From Octopus vulgaris (lineage: Eukaryota), in contig OX597814.1 of the NCBI GenBank assembly GCA_951406725.2, positions 189,286,001-189,350,000 of the forward strand: a DNA stretch of 64,000 bases. Direction: 5' to 3'. Below, in pieces: positions 28,499 through 43,803 of this stretch. The notes below the pieces were generated by a model. The model did no database searches and had not been told where the DNA came from. It saw nothing but the letters and a program-made list of their open reading frames with translations. Each line of letters opens with the position of its first letter. Positions within the stretch are counted from its first letter, which is position 1. Made by a program: the position numbers and the translations under genes.

Positions 28499-28543
<45 letters not shown>

Positions 28544-28561
28544 GGACTTTCACATTTCCCC

Positions 28562-28594
28562 TTTCCGACGAAGAGCTATGCTCGAAACGTCAAA
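28562..28594 (+). ncRNA. Minimal type I hammerhead-like motif within a ~150 bp insert (28540-28697) in (TA)n
   Basis: ttt CCGACGA AGAGC tat GCTC GAAACGTC aaa. GUC site, palindromic ACGT. Confidence 0.65.
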
Positions 28595-28693
28595 CTCTCT
28601 CTTCATCGAGCGTCAAGCTCATACATTTCTTGTGCACGTCCTCTTGTCCGTAAATTCTATTTTTTTCATTTAAACTGATTGTTTATTTGAATT

Positions 28694-28737
<44 letters not shown>

Positions 28738-28742
28738 TGCTT

Positions 28743-29034
28743 AGACCCCCTTCGGTCATGACTGATCATGGGATTGCACCTACAAAGTTACCCTCCCAGG
28801 AACATGTCCGGGCAAGGTTGTTTATGGACGACCAGCAGTCGCCCATGCATACCAGCCTCTCCTCTCCATGCCACCGATGTTATCCAAGGGAAAGGCAAAG
28901 GGATCGATACAGCTTTTCACCTGTGATATCGGAACTCATTTCTACAGCTGAGTGAACTGGAGCAACGTGAAATAAAGTGTCATGCTCAAGAACACAACTC
29001 GCACCCTGGTCCAGGATTCAAACTCACAACCTCA

Positions 29035-29037
<3 letters not shown>
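28743..29037 (-). mobile_element. SINE family 2 variant
   Basis: Reverse complement of 36776-37095. Also at 48715-49020. Confidence 0.75.
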
Positions 29038-29077
<40 letters not shown>

Positions 29078-29219
29078 TGTATGTATGTACGGTGCTAAAC
29101 TGGGTAATACAATTTGGTTGATAACTGATGAATAAATAGGGACATTCTATTCTGATTCCCGGCCAGTAGTATACTCAGTAAATATTATATCGTTTGTTTC
29201 TTTACAATACATTTTCCCG

Positions 29220-29266
<47 letters not shown>

Positions 29267-29296
29267 CATACACACACAAACACACAATTATATGTA

Positions 29297-29334
<38 letters not shown>

Positions 29335-30018
29335 AGTGAACGACTAATGTAAATGAAGTCTGTTGGTTTCCTAAGTTGGATTATATTCCTGAAATTCCTG
29401 AGAACAGTTGCGTGCGCAAGAAATCGTTTAAAATGATCCTGAATTTAGTATGACAGAAAATATGCAACGCGAATGAAATTCATTTGAGAGAATGGCAATA
29501 AAAACCCTAGTAAAAACAAAAAATATATATATAAATGAAATACTTCATGCTGTTTATGGGCATATATTAGTTTGAAATGCTTCATTGAAGATAAATTCAG
29601 TATTTTTAAGAATCTCTAATAGCAATATAACTTCAGTCAAATAAATCACAATATATGATATATTTTTTTATTGATTACATGTAAGTTGTCAAAGCTTTGA
29701 CCTTGCTCTCAGAAATTCGATATTTCAGTATGAAAAGAAAGCTGAGGTAGTTAATTATTATATATATCAATAGGTGAAAAATACCGTCGCTCGGCGAAGA
29801 GCATACATTCGCGTATATCATTTTTTTCATAACTTGCCATATGACCCTATGAGTACGCAAGCGAAGCTCCAACATAGTAAGAGACTGACTAGACCCAGAT
29901 GATAAAAATATTATTAAGTTCTATTATGATATTCATGGCTCATTCAGCCCATAGTCAACACTAAATGGATATGTGTAAATGTGTGTGTGTGTTGTATTGT
30001 GTGTGTGTATGTGTGTGT

Positions 30019-30058
<40 letters not shown>

Positions 30059-30187
30059 TGGTACATGGCCTAGTGCTTAAAGTGTGCGGCTCATAATCAC
30101 AACTACACAGGTTCTATTCCTGGAACAGACGGTAACCTAAAACTTTGAGAAATGCGCTTCGTTTAATATTTCTGCAGTCAATATATT

Positions 30188-30260
<73 letters not shown>

Positions 30261-31617
30261 TATATATATATATATATATATAATAATAATATAAGGGAAT
30301 ATTATTCCAAACTTACAGGGAAAAATTCAATTTAGAAATACTAAATCAAATTTCACAATATATATATATATATATATACATATATATATAATATTATATA
30401 TAGACATACATACATACAGACAGGTAGATAGATAGAGATAGAGGGATAGAAAGATAGATTGATAAAAGATATAGGTATAGTTATATACATACTGTGAGAA
30501 ATTTATATATGGTAAATAACTATGATTGCGTTACTTTTATTTGAATAATCAAAATTGAATGAGGGATATTGTGCATCCTCTCATAGGAGGATGCACTATC
30601 ATTTCGCTCAGTAAGTGTGTGTATGGTGTGCGCGTGTGCATGTGGATGTCTTGGTGTGTGTGTGTGTGTGTTTATATAATACATATGTGTTGTTGCATAT
30701 AATACAAAGTGGATATAATACAAAGCATGAAATAATCATTTAGATAGTGCTAGAATAGTTTGATATTCTACAGCCGTTTTCTCTTAGTTTAACGACTTTG
30801 GTTCTACGAAACGAAATAATTATAAGATTTGTAGCAGAAAAATTCCTTATTCCCATTACCAAAAATGTACAGTTGGATCATTTATCCATCACATGTGGTA
30901 CAAAACCAGTCTGAGTGCTGCACAATAATAATGTAATCTGATTTCTTTCTTATTTAGTTGGGGAGGTAAGTAGATGTTGTGATGTTACTGCTTTCTCCCT
31001 ACAGTATTCCACTGTATGTCGACCTTTGTCATGATTAGGTAAAATAAAATGAAACCTACTGTGCCAACATGGTTTGGCGAATAAACTGCTGGTATTCCGT
31101 GCACTGAGAGTTGCTTCAGTACAAATAAACATTGTTGAGTTGTATTCAATTCTCTGGTGTGTCTTCGAGATATATTACTTAAAAGAGAAGTAACACTAGT
31201 ACAGTGTATTAATGACGCAAACCTCAACTCACTAAACTTGCGCTGGCATTCCTTCAAAGATGTTTTATAAAATTGTCCCAACTTTAAATAAACAAATTTC
31301 AAATTATTTCATCATTAAACAAAAGCACCACACTGTTTCTCGGGTTAAAAAGTAATATAGAGTGTCTAATAGAATACGTTCACATATAAACTGCATAAAA
31401 AAATCTAGAATTTAATCAAACACACTTGTGTAGTGTATATGCCACTGTCTTTCTGAAATTTGATGCATGTAGTTGTGTTATATGTATCTGTCTTACATTT
31501 CTGTTCGTGCGTACAGTGAAATACTTCTTCACATAAATAAATAAGCAAATCAAATCATACTTTGATAGTAACCATGGAGATCACCATTGCTATGTTGATT
31601 AGTCTAGCAACAAAACA

Positions 31618-31618
<1 letters not shown>

Positions 31619-31687
<69 letters not shown>

Positions 31688-31785
31688 TTGATGATGACGA
31701 TGATGATGGCGATGATAATGATTATGATGACGATGATGATAATAATGATATAATAATAATGATAATAAAAATAATAATAATAATG

Positions 31786-31828
<43 letters not shown>

Positions 31829-31860
31829 TAATAATAATGATAATAATAATAACAATAATG

Positions 31861-31897
<37 letters not shown>

Positions 31898-31986
31898 TAA
31901 TAATAATAATAATAACAATAATGATGATAATAATAATAATAACAATAATAACAATAATGATAATAATAATAATAATAACAATAATG

Positions 31987-32056
<70 letters not shown>

Positions 32057-32072
32057 TAATGATAATAATAAT
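31619..32072. repeat. (AAT)n microsatellite
   Basis: Direct reading. Confidence 0.95.
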
Positions 32073-32999
32073 GTTATTATTGTTGTCGCTGTTATTATTT
32101 AATTTTTCTATTTTACTTCAACAGAAAGCTTTGCCACATTCAGATAACTGATAAGGAAGATTGATGGCAAATGTGATGGAGGGTCATCATACACCAGTTG
32201 CTAGAATTATTTAATAAAACTATGAAAACTGTTAAACTTCACTTAGTTTCGAGTCACTCAGTGATTTAACATTCATGAAGCTAGCTGCTACGTCTGTTCC
32301 CTCCTCTCACCATTTTACAACATTTGCCAGGATTTTCTTTCGTTGCTTTTATTTTATTATCATTATCATCTTCCTCGCTGTTCATCTATCTACTTTCTGT
32401 ACTCATTCTCATTCAACATTTTATTACTACCCACACCCCTAGTCCTTTCTCATTTTCAACGACACATCCTTTCATTTGATGTGGTTATTCTATTTTCTTC
32501 ATCTTGGTTTTTTCCTCCTTGCACAAGATGTCATTGTCGCACAAATGATTTTGTGTCAGCAAGCACAACCTTCCTTCGTCTATTTTGTATCTTGATTTGA
32601 TGAATAATGATAAAAAAAAATAGTACCCTTAGCCTAGAGACATTTTTCTGGGCCCAAAAATAAACTTCCGTAAATTCGTAAATTCTGTTCAACAGTCATA
32701 TGAACAGATTACTGCAGCGGTTATGGCGGCGGTGCTAGTGTTTGTTTGCCTAGAGTCACAGAAAGAAGCATTGTCTATAAGTATTCATAGATTTAAAGGA
32801 AACAAATCTATAATTTCTCGTTCTGAAGCACGTTAAAATGTAAGTAAAAAAAATCAATTCTTTTCCTATCTTCGAGGAATTAAAGCCAAAATGTATGTAT
32901 GTGTATATATATATGTCGGAATGAAGGTGTATAGGAGCTTAAGAGAGAAAAAGATTTGAATATTCACCTGAACATATCTATGCATATTTATATTTATAA

Positions 33000-33034
<35 letters not shown>

Positions 33035-33206
33035 TGTGTGTCTGTGTGTGTGTGTGCGTGTGTGTTTATCTATGTATTATGTATGTTTTCATATGTTCAT
33101 GTATACATATGTACATACACACATTCAAGCATATATTTGTGTGTGCATGGTTTAAGGTTTTCTATGTATGCATACGTATGTGTTAGTGCAAGTATGCAGG
33201 AATGTG

Positions 33207-33242
<36 letters not shown>

Positions 33243-33727
33243 TATGTTTGTCTGTACTTATGTATTTAAGACCTAGTCTTTCATACACACGTGACTATGA
33301 ATTTAAGAGTCTATACATAGTTAAATATTTATTTACAAGCATATCTCTGTGTGCGTGGGTGTGTTCCCTTTAATCAATATGTTTCTGCATATATATATAA
33401 GAATGTGAGTGAGTTCGTATTTGTGTGCGAATGTGCAAAATTGTGTACCTTTGAGAGTCAGTGTCTATGGCTATGAGAGTAATCTCTTACGTTAAATCAA
33501 ATGAAAATGTGAATATAGAGAAAATGGAACATAGAAAATAAATAGTTGGCAACTTGATTCAGAAATTTAGGGACGGAACATTTGGCTTCTTTTTCAGTGA
33601 AGTACATAAGGAAGCCTTTAAATTTGGGACAATTAGAATTAGATAGCTGGCTAGTGTGAGTACATTTGAATAAAAATGTATTATTGCTTGCGTATTCAGA
33701 AGACCAAACAACAACGGAAGGGATAAA

Positions 33728-34395
33728 GGCGGAGTGCTGGCAGAAACGTTAGCACGCCGGACTAAATGCGTAGCCGTATTTCGTCAGCCGTTACGTTTTG
33801 AGTTCAAATTCCGCCGAGGTCGACTTTGCCTTTCTTCCTTTCGGAGTCGATAAATTAAGTACCAGTTTCGCACTGGGGTCGATGTAATCGACTTAATCCG
33901 TTTGTCTGTCCTTGTTTGTCCTCTCTGTGTTTAGCCCCCTGTGGGTAGTAAAGAAATAGAAATAGATATTTCGTCTGTGTTTGTCTCCTCTGTGTTTACT
34001 ACCCTTGTGGGTAGTAAAGAAATAGGTATTTCGTCTGCCGCTACGTTCTGAGTTCAAATTCAGCCGAGGTCGACTTTGCTTTTCATCCTTTCGGGGTCGA
34101 TTAAATAAGTACCAGTTACGCACTGGCGTCGATGTAATCGACTTAATACCTTTGTCTGTCCTTGTTTGTCCTCTCTGTGTTTAGCCCCTTGTGGGTAATA
34201 AAGAAATAGGTATTTCGTCTGCCGCTACGTTCTGAGTTCAAATTCCGACGAGGTCGACTTTGCTTTTCATCCTTTCGGGGTCGATAAATTAAGTACCAGT
34301 TACGCACTGGAGTCGAGGTAATCGACTTAATGCCTTTGTCTGTTCTTGTTTGTCCCCACAATGTTTAGCTCCTTGTGGGCAATAAAGAAATAAGA
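33728..34395 (+). mobile_element. SINE family 1 multimer (full unit, short partial, two headless units) with a single TSD
   Basis: AACAACGGAAGGGATAAA flanks the whole array. Internal junctions read aaagaaata|ggtatttcgtctg. Confidence 0.85.
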
Positions 34396-36001
34396 AACAA
34401 CGGAAGGGATAAAATGTGGCATAATTCCATTCTTCTGTTAATATTTGCGAATAAAACGGGAGATGGCTCACATAAGCTTTCTTACTTTTGAGCACAATTT
34501 GATATGCTAGTGAATGAAACGTTAACTTCGCAGACCGAAAAGATAAATAATTGCCCAAGATTTAAATATCTATTTGTTTTAAATTATCGATGAAGTTTTG
34601 ATGAGATCTCTTGGACGACGTATTGATCGATTTGATTTATATAGTATTTATAACGTGACTTCAGAAAGGATAAGCAAACGTCTTTAATCGATGGCTTGTG
34701 ATTCAATTTCGCTATACTGATGTACGCCATTAATAATGTAGAATAAATGCTAAATGGTGATAAGATTATCATAAGCTTTATTAACTTTATCGTAAACTTT
34801 GGAGAAATTCCGAGTATTTCTCATAAACTATAAGCGCCACAGATAACGTTGGTGTAGAGGATTATTGATTGCAATTACTAACAGCATTTGCCATTTTGTA
34901 CAGTTAAATAACTTGTTGATAGTTAATAATTAATAAAAACCTTTATCCTACAATTAAAAAAGTAAAACGCCAATATCAGGGATTCACTTTATATGAACAA
35001 GAACGTTTATGGTAATTATATCTGAATTCATGTATAATATACAGTGACTCCAAAGTTGATTAATGGAGCATTTGGAAATGTAGATAAATATAATTGATTC
35101 CATCTGTACCATTACGCGCATGCCTATCCAATTTTGTAAGGGCAATTCTGGATGTCTCAGACAAGAACAACCTTCATTATTTACTTCTCATATCTTTCCT
35201 TTACCAACTACCTCTCTCTCTCACTCTGTATGCCTGTCTCTGGCTCTCTGTCGCTCTGTCTCTGTATCTCTGTCTGTCTGTCTGTCTCTCTCTTTCTCTT
35301 TCCATGTCTATTTTAATCTGAACCGATTTCCAGAGGAAAGAATAACACGTAGTATAAAGTATACGTTTAGAATTGTTTACAAAGGTTCTCACCAAACCAT
35401 ATAATGTAATATCTATAAAATATCAAATGATCACTTCTGTTAAATGATATTAATACTAATATTGATATTTTCGTTGTTTTCTCTAAAGCTTTCAATTTTC
35501 GTACACAGTATCCAGGAATAGAATGCGATCTCGTAAGTAGCCTTACTGGAAGACTTCAAAAGCATTGACTAAATTACTATAGTCTTCCTCAATTGATAAC
35601 AAATTCTATATTATAAGACGTACTAAAAGCCATCGAGCATAACGAAAATACTATAATGACTCAATGTTTTAGGAGCCGAGAATAAGGTTTGTTATGATAT
35701 TCATGTTTATTTTATATATGCTGTCTAAGCTGAGCAAAATCAATTGAGTTTTATGCATGAACATACCATATTGATATTACAGATGTTCATCTACTCTTTA
35801 ACAATGTCCATTACTGTAACTTTGGGATGAATACCAGTTACTAATTCTTTAATCCAATATTTTCTCCTCAGATCAAGAAGAAACTCTTAGGAATTATCCC
35901 TGCAATTGCACGGTACAATAGGTAACTTCAAAATGGTCGTTTGTATTTACATGGTTTCCTGTCGTCAAAAATAATTTGGATCCCACCAAAATGACATGTT
36001 T

Positions 36002-36255
36002 GGAGGCGCGTGGCTTAGTGGTTAGGATGTCAGCATCATGACCGTAAGATTGTGGTTTCGATTCCTGGATCGGGCGACGCGTTGTGTTCTTGAGCAAAAC
36101 ACTTCATTTCACGTTGCTCCAGTCCACTCAGCTGGCAAAAATGAGTAACGCTGCGATGGACTGGTGTCCCATCCAGCTGGGGAACACATACGCCATGAAG
36201 CCGGGAAACCGGGCCCATGAGCCTGGCTAGGCTTTAAAAGTGCGCATTTATTTAT
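36002..36255 (+). mobile_element. SINE family 2 variant
   Basis: A box TGGCTTAGTGG, B box GGTTTCGATTC. 3' end is similar to 40280-40360. Confidence 0.8.
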
Positions 36256-36643
36256 TTTAAAATGACGTGAAACTTGAAAACAGCAAGATCATCTATGTTA
36301 TCGAAAAGCGCCAACTTGGGGCTAAAAGCCTCGCTTAAAATCATTGGTCCATCGCACTATGAACACACACACACACACAAATACACACACACCTAAGTAT
36401 GTATATTATGGGTGCAGGTAGAGCTGTGTGGATAAGAAGCTTCTTTTGCAGCCAGGTATTTTCAGAAAGGGTCGCACTGCGCGGCACCTTGGAAAATTGT
36501 CATCTACAATAGACCCGGGCACTAAAAGGGAATTTAGTAAGCGGAAAGCAGCATGTGGAAGTACATCGTATATATATCCTATACGTTGTTTATACACCTG
36601 CCTTCTTTTGTTTTTCTGCAAATTTCAACTATATATGTGTCTA

Positions 36644-36694
<51 letters not shown>

Positions 36695-36775
36695 ACACAT
36701 GTTTATGTGTGTATGTATGTGCATATATGTATAATGTATAATCTATAGAGATGATATATATATTCTTCGTGTGTG

Positions 36776-37095
36776 AAGGCGCATGGCTGAGTGGTTAGAG
36801 CGTCGAGCTTACGATCGTGAGGTTGTGAGTTTGAATCCCGGAACGGGCTGCGTGATGTGTTCTTGAGCAAGACACTTTATTTCACGTTGCTCCAGTTCAC
36901 TCAGCTGTAGAAATGAGTTGCGACGTCAAAGGTACCAAGTTGTATCTGCTGTTGTTTTTCCCTTCGATAACACTGGTGGCGTGAATAGGGGAGGCCAGTA
37001 TGCAAGGGCGACTGCTGGTCTTCCATAAACAACCTTGCCCAGACTTGTGCCTAGGAGGGTAACTTTCTAGGTGCAGTCCCATGGTCAGTCACGAT
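36776..37095 (+). mobile_element. SINE family 2 variant
   Basis: tRNA-like head ggcgcatggctgagtggttagagc...gagtttgaatcc. Confidence 0.8.
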
Positions 37096-38081
37096 GTCTT
37101 CGTGTCTATGTTTTTGCACTACACTCCCGCTTGACAACATTTGTCGGTTTGTTTATGACCTGCAATCTAGTAGTTTGGTAAAAGAAACCGATAGAACGAG
37201 TACTAGGCACTTGGCTTGAATTGTTTGAATTGGCACTTTAAAGAGGTACTCCAGCGTGGCCACAGTCCCGGCAAAAGAGATAAAAGATACCGCTGAAGCT
37301 TATTTTACCAAGTACTTAGTGGTATAAACTATAAATGTTGAGTCTTGTATTGAACGCAGTTACGCTAAGCATTTAATCTACCTCTTTCCTGCTTTGCTGA
37401 TAATTCTAAACATTATCAAAAAATCAATATGTATTGATTTCTTTCTTAACTAAGCAAATGTCTAATTATATGTTAGAGTGAAGTCGATTCAATCATTCTT
37501 TACAATAGTGTTGTATTAGTATATGTAATCAAAACCAGAAGGATAGAATATAGATCGAACGATAAGGACTACGAACACTGCGAGGAGATTCGAAGCAGTT
37601 ATTGAAGTAGGTGGAAAATGTTGAATGTTTCGTCTGTAACCGCTGGCATCAGAATTTAGTAACACTAATTCCTATTGAGAGGAGGCACATGGCCGAGTGG
37701 TTAGAGCAGCCGCCTCGCGGTCGAGAGTTCGCGGTTCGTATCACAGACTGGGCGATGTGTGTGTTTATGAGCGAAACACCTAAGCTTCTCCGAAACGCAT
37801 GGAAGAAAGAAAAATCTTATCTCCAGGTCAAAGACTTGGCGTGGAGTCGACGCTGCAAAAGATTTCCTAAAACCAGGTGCTGGAGTAAAAACCAAAAGAG
37901 ATTAAGTCTATCAACTAAGAGTATGAATGTCCAAACAAATGGTTTCCTTACACTTGTTCTCTACTAAAATCTCATTTACAAGGAATTGACCAAGCCAAGT
38001 ATATGATACAACAAAATAATAATAATAATGATAATAATAATAATATTATCATTATTATCATTATTATTATTATTATTATTG

Positions 38082-38690
38082 AATGAGAGAGTAGTGCATG
38101 CCATCAAAATGACACTGGGGTAAAATATACGAAGCCCAGTATACCCATCATGACTACCCGTCTGATAAGGGTAGACCAGGCACATGCATCACAATCATAT
38201 GTGCGCGACATGGCGATCTCATATCAAGATAAACAGCACATAACCTTGCAGGTGGGGCCCAGTTAGAATTTTCCTCTGGTCGAGTAACCCACCCCGCTCA
38301 AAAGGTCCCTGAATAAGGATTGTTTAAGAATGTTGAATGAACCACCCATGTTTCCAGAGGTTAATTATTCAAACCACAAAGAATCCCTCTCAACACATTG
38401 TTATGATGCTCCCCCACTACTTCTGCTCTTGATCAGAGATGCACATATCGTCAGCCACTAAGGGACATGCTCAACTGGTTAAGGTCAAACAACTGACAAG
38501 CAAATCTGTGGTATTGAGCAGAATATTTGCTGTAGCCCATCTTTTATACCAAGACAAAACAATGTACATAAAACTTCCAATCAGTTAAGGATTGTTTAAG
38601 AATGTTGAATGAACCACCCCTGTTTCCAAAGGTGAGTTATTCAAACTTCCAAGAATTCCTCTCAACACACGGCTATGATGCTCCACCAGT
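38082..38690 (-). mobile_element. LINE 3' UTR in (TAA)n (probable Dong/R4) with internal duplication
   Basis: Same family as 12538-12825. Segment ~38314-38420 is repeated at ~38586-38690. Confidence 0.55.
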
Positions 38691-39865
38691 ATAATAATAA
38701 TGTTCCAATACACCATCTTGTGGACTCGTACTCGTACTCGTAACCACGAGTTGAGAAACTAAACGAACATTTTAACTGCGGGGAAGATTCTTGAAATAAA
38801 GTGTAGCAAACAAGAGTTTGGTTAAATCTGAACCTTCCGTTAAAAATAATTAAAAAAAAAATTTTGGTAAGATTATCCTTGCAAATGTCTTTACTCATTA
38901 TTAAGAACGTAGGTCTGGAAGAAAATGACTAACATTTCTCAGCAAAGCCGTAAATACGACTTTAAACAATGCTCTCTATTAGCTATACAATATATTATAT
39001 AGTTAAGTATAGTACTTCAAATAAATAAAAATGTCTAGTAGGTCTATTGGCTTGATAAGCATAAATGACATCTGGCAAGTGGAACAACGTCCTTTGCCGC
39101 ATGCATACAAACGATAAAGTATTAATGAGTAGGCAAACGTATCTTTATTAACAGCACTTCAAAACTTAAAGTATGCAGTATTGCAGAGTAAGTGCAACAC
39201 TTAATATCAATAAAACTGTCTATTATACATGTCGACTTGATAAAAAGTTTTCAACGAGCAAGAGCCACGCCTCGGATGATTTCTGATTGGATTTCTTATC
39301 GTTTTTAAATAACACTTCGTAGATAATGCAACGCCTCATTACTGCGGTTACGAATCATAGGGAGTCATCGCTGTGAGAATAAGGAACCTGAATGTGTTTT
39401 AAGTGAGGGTGGGAGTGTACTTTTAACATTTTGTCCAGAACAGGTGACGTTAGAGTAAATGTTCAAGAGTGACGATGGGTGGTAGGGTGTAAGGAAGGAA
39501 ATACCCAGGGTTGCCTTCTGCCTTAAAACAAAACCAGTTAAGTAGAAACTAACATAAAGGTAGTGACGCAAAACTTTTAAACTGACTGAAATTATATCCG
39601 TAATCAGCTAGAAAAATATTATTTCAATTATGTATTCTAGCCAAGAAAGGAAGAAGCAGCCAACCCCGAAATCTAATTAATTAAACCTTGATTGGAAACA
39701 AGAAGTGGAGAGTGAGTCAGATATCCAGTAGTTATATAGACACAAAATGTTTGGAGTTGACATTGTACGTGCTAATGCTGAAATTCACTTTAACTGCACT
39801 GCAACCTCCCATTCAAGAAAGTAAGAGCAGGGCGGTTACAGTTGACAGAGGAAGTGCACGTGTGT

Positions 39866-39906
<41 letters not shown>

Positions 39907-40070
39907 TGTGCAATAAATTACGCATACTGAAACTAAAACTGCATAAGGTAACTTGCTAAATGGCCGTAACCCTATGGAAAACACTTGGTTAAATAGATAT
40001 AGAGAGGGATTAAACTATTTTTTCCCAAAATCACGCCATAACAATAATAATACTCATTTCTAACAAAAGT

Positions 40071-40376
40071 GGAGGCACATGGCCTAGTGGTTTGAGCAGC
40101 GAACTCGCGGTCGAGGGATCGCGGGTTCGAATCTCAGACCGGGCGATGTGTGTGTTTATGAGCGAAACACCAAAGCTCCACGTTGGCTCCGGCAGAAAGT
40201 AATGGCGAACTTCTGCTGACTCTTTCGCTACAACTTTCTCTCGCTCTTTCTTCATGCATCTAGCAGCTCATCTGCGACAGACCGGCGTCCCGTCCAGGTG
40301 GGGAACCTATACGCCAAGGAAACTGGGAAACCGGCCCATATGAGCCAGGCATGGCTCAAGAAGGAACAAACAACAA
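40071..40376 (+). mobile_element. SINE family 2, full length
   Basis: tRNA head, (AAC)n tail, apparent TSD ATTTCTAACAAA. Confidence 0.85.
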
Positions 40377-40546
40377 TTTCTAACAAAGGCACAATGCTCC
40401 GAATTGGAGAAGATGCGTAAGACGACTATATAGAGCCAGTGCATATTTTTTAAGTCATCGTTTTCAAAATATCCTATTTTCAGAGCTTTCAAAACTACAT
40501 GGTGGATGGACGCAAGCTTTGTTGTGTGGTAAGAAACTTGCTAGTT

Positions 40547-40766
40547 AAGGCGGCAAGCTGGCAGTAGCGTTAGCACGCCGGGCAAAATGCTTAGCAGTAT
40601 TTCGTGTTAAATTCTGCCGAGGTCGACTTTGCCTTTTATCCTTTCGGGGTCGATTAAATAAATACCAGTTACGCACTGGGGTCGATATAATCGACTTAAT
40701 CCGTTTGTCTGTCCTTGTTTGTCCACTCTGTGTGTATCCCCTTGTGGGCAGTAAAGAAATAAGAAA
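40547..40766 (+). mobile_element. SINE family 1
   Basis: Matches 33728-33960. Confidence 0.8.
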
Positions 40767-40775
40767 CACACGCAG

Positions 40776-40825
<50 letters not shown>

Positions 40826-40951
40826 GTATATACATGATGGGCTTCTTTCAGAATCCACTCACAAAGCTTTGGTCAGCCCGAGGATAGAGCAGAAGACACC
40901 CAAGGTGCAAACTATGCGAGTGAACACAGAACCATGTGTTTGGCAAGCAAG

Positions 40952-41260
40952 TTTCTTATTTCTTTATTGCCCACAAGGGGCTACACTCAGAGAGGACAAA
41001 CAAGGACCGACAAGCGGATTAAGACGATTACATTGACCCCAGTGCGTAACTGGTACTTAATGTATCAGCCCCGAAATGATGAAAAGCAAATTCGACCTCG
41101 GCGGAATTTGAACTCAGAACGTAACGGCAGACGAAATACCTATTTCTTTACTATCCACAAGGGGCTAAACACAGAGAGGACAAACAAGGACAGATAGACG
41201 GATTAAGTCGATTATATCGACCCCAGTGCGTAACTGGTACTTATTTAATCGACCCCGAAA
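40952..41260 (-). mobile_element. SINE family 1 dimer, 5'-truncated
   Basis: Junction cagacgaaatacctatttcttt at ~41128-41149. Confidence 0.8.
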
Positions 41261-42701
41261 CTAAGGTCAGTTTAAACGAGTAACCACTACTCGTCAAAAT
41301 TGGTGATCTTGTTTTTAAAATGGGAAATAATTCAGAGAAGTAATATTTATCTCCACTTAAAAGAGAATGAGGATGTTCTATCAGAACAAATTTCGCTGCA
41401 GTAGATACCATGAGAAAACTCTAGTATTGCCTTTTTGGTGTAAAATGCACCCTTGTTTTATATTGCTAGAGGGGAGATAAATCTCTGTTACCTCCAACAC
41501 TGAGACCACGAGATCACATGATTTCGAACTTGTTTGGTCTTATTAATGATGGACAACGACTACTCTAAAAAAAACACTCGGTCACTCTAAAGAATGAAAA
41601 AAAAAAAAAAGAATGCTGAGTGCTGCTCGTTTTAATTACCAATACGTGCCTGTGAATTACTGTGAAGTAGCTTGAGCTGAAAATTAGCAGGACATATAAT
41701 AAAATAACAATTAAACAAACGATGAATTATTAACTGTCATCTACAATTCCACTCTCATCGGCTGAATCGTCTTTATTGCTTCTGATCGTTCAACCAACTT
41801 CCAGGACTGAAGTATTTAGCTGCTTCTCTTTGATGGAAAATATTTACAGGCAGATATTTATTTACTCATCTATTTCTGTCTAACATCATGAAAAAACATC
41901 ACTGCTTAATTTTTTTGTTTGTTTGTTTGTTTTGCTTCGTTTGCATTGTTTTGTTATTTTGGCTTCTTTTTTTTTTTGCTTATTTGTCTTTCTAAAGAAA
42001 AATGTCTTTATTGTTGTTTTAATGTTTTGCTGCCATTGATTTGTATTTTCTTTCTGTCATGTAATTCCTTTGTTCTTTTAATTGTTACTATAAGTGTTAA
42101 GCGCTGTAAGAGCGTAAATACAAGAAGGCTATTTTTGTGTTAAACGTACCATAGCTAACAGTTTGTATAGATACTGACGAAATGTTTGCTAATACATCAA
42201 GACGTATACGAGAAAGCGTGTTAATGCTTTCTTTTTATTAAGTTAAGTCGGAGCATATCTAAATTCTAAATAACACCTTTACTCATGCTACAAATGATAC
42301 AACTATTAGATGTAATTAATAGCAAATATGTTCAAGTGGTAAACAATTCATCTGTGAATCTGGTACACCATTCACATAAGACAGCATTAATCTTACACTA
42401 TTCATTAGTGTACAAGCTTTCTGTTAATAAGTTATGTCTGCCTAATAAAGAGATAAGTGGCATATATACTTCGCTACACTCAATCAAGCAAAAGTTTGAC
42501 ACGTCATCTACTGTCCAATTTGAGTGGCTATTAAAATACTTCGCCATATTTAATCATACAATTGATTACATTTTAAATTTTAAGATCAATACAATTAAAC
42601 ATTGGATTTTATTTTAAGTTTCAGTCTTTATAGGCTTAGCTTTATGGAAATTAAGTATTAACAGATAAGTATTTGTATACCATTATATGCATGCAGACAC
42701 G

Positions 42702-42761
<60 letters not shown>

Positions 42762-43244
42762 TCTCCAGGTAGCCGATGAAAGCTTACATCTTCTCTAAGG
42801 AATGGACAGCCATCTCTGAATCAAATTATTGATTCTTTTGGGGACTTTTTTCCTGTTTCTTTTCGACAAAAGTAGGATATTTTCACATCGCCGGCAATCT
42901 TCCCATTTGAGGCTTCCAAATGAATACAGATTTATCTACATTAAACATGTTCCAGATACTACTTGATTAGATTCATTTTACCTTGCAAATAACGGATAAA
43001 AAGAAGTCTGCAACAGATGTAATTTTTTCATTGTCGTCGTGGAAAGGGATCTTCTTGCACTGAAACTCACATTTGTGAATAATAATGCGCTTATATTCTC
43101 GGTAAAAACACCGTAAATTGATGTTTATTTGTTTGGTGGCAGAGTGGTGTGATATTGCATACATTATTTTAGTACTTATTTCTGATTGATGAATGTATTT
43201 TACGTATATTACTGATGCTATTATTGCTGCAGAAAGTTTTCATA

Positions 43245-43803
<559 letters not shown>

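Noticed and set aside
33728-34395. CRISPR-like repeat array
   Set aside because: Units are whole SINE bodies with no unique spacers, in a eukaryotic context with no cas genes.
40071-40145. tRNA genes at SINE heads
   Set aside because: A and B boxes are present, but the acceptor stems do not close and the sequences continue into SINE bodies.
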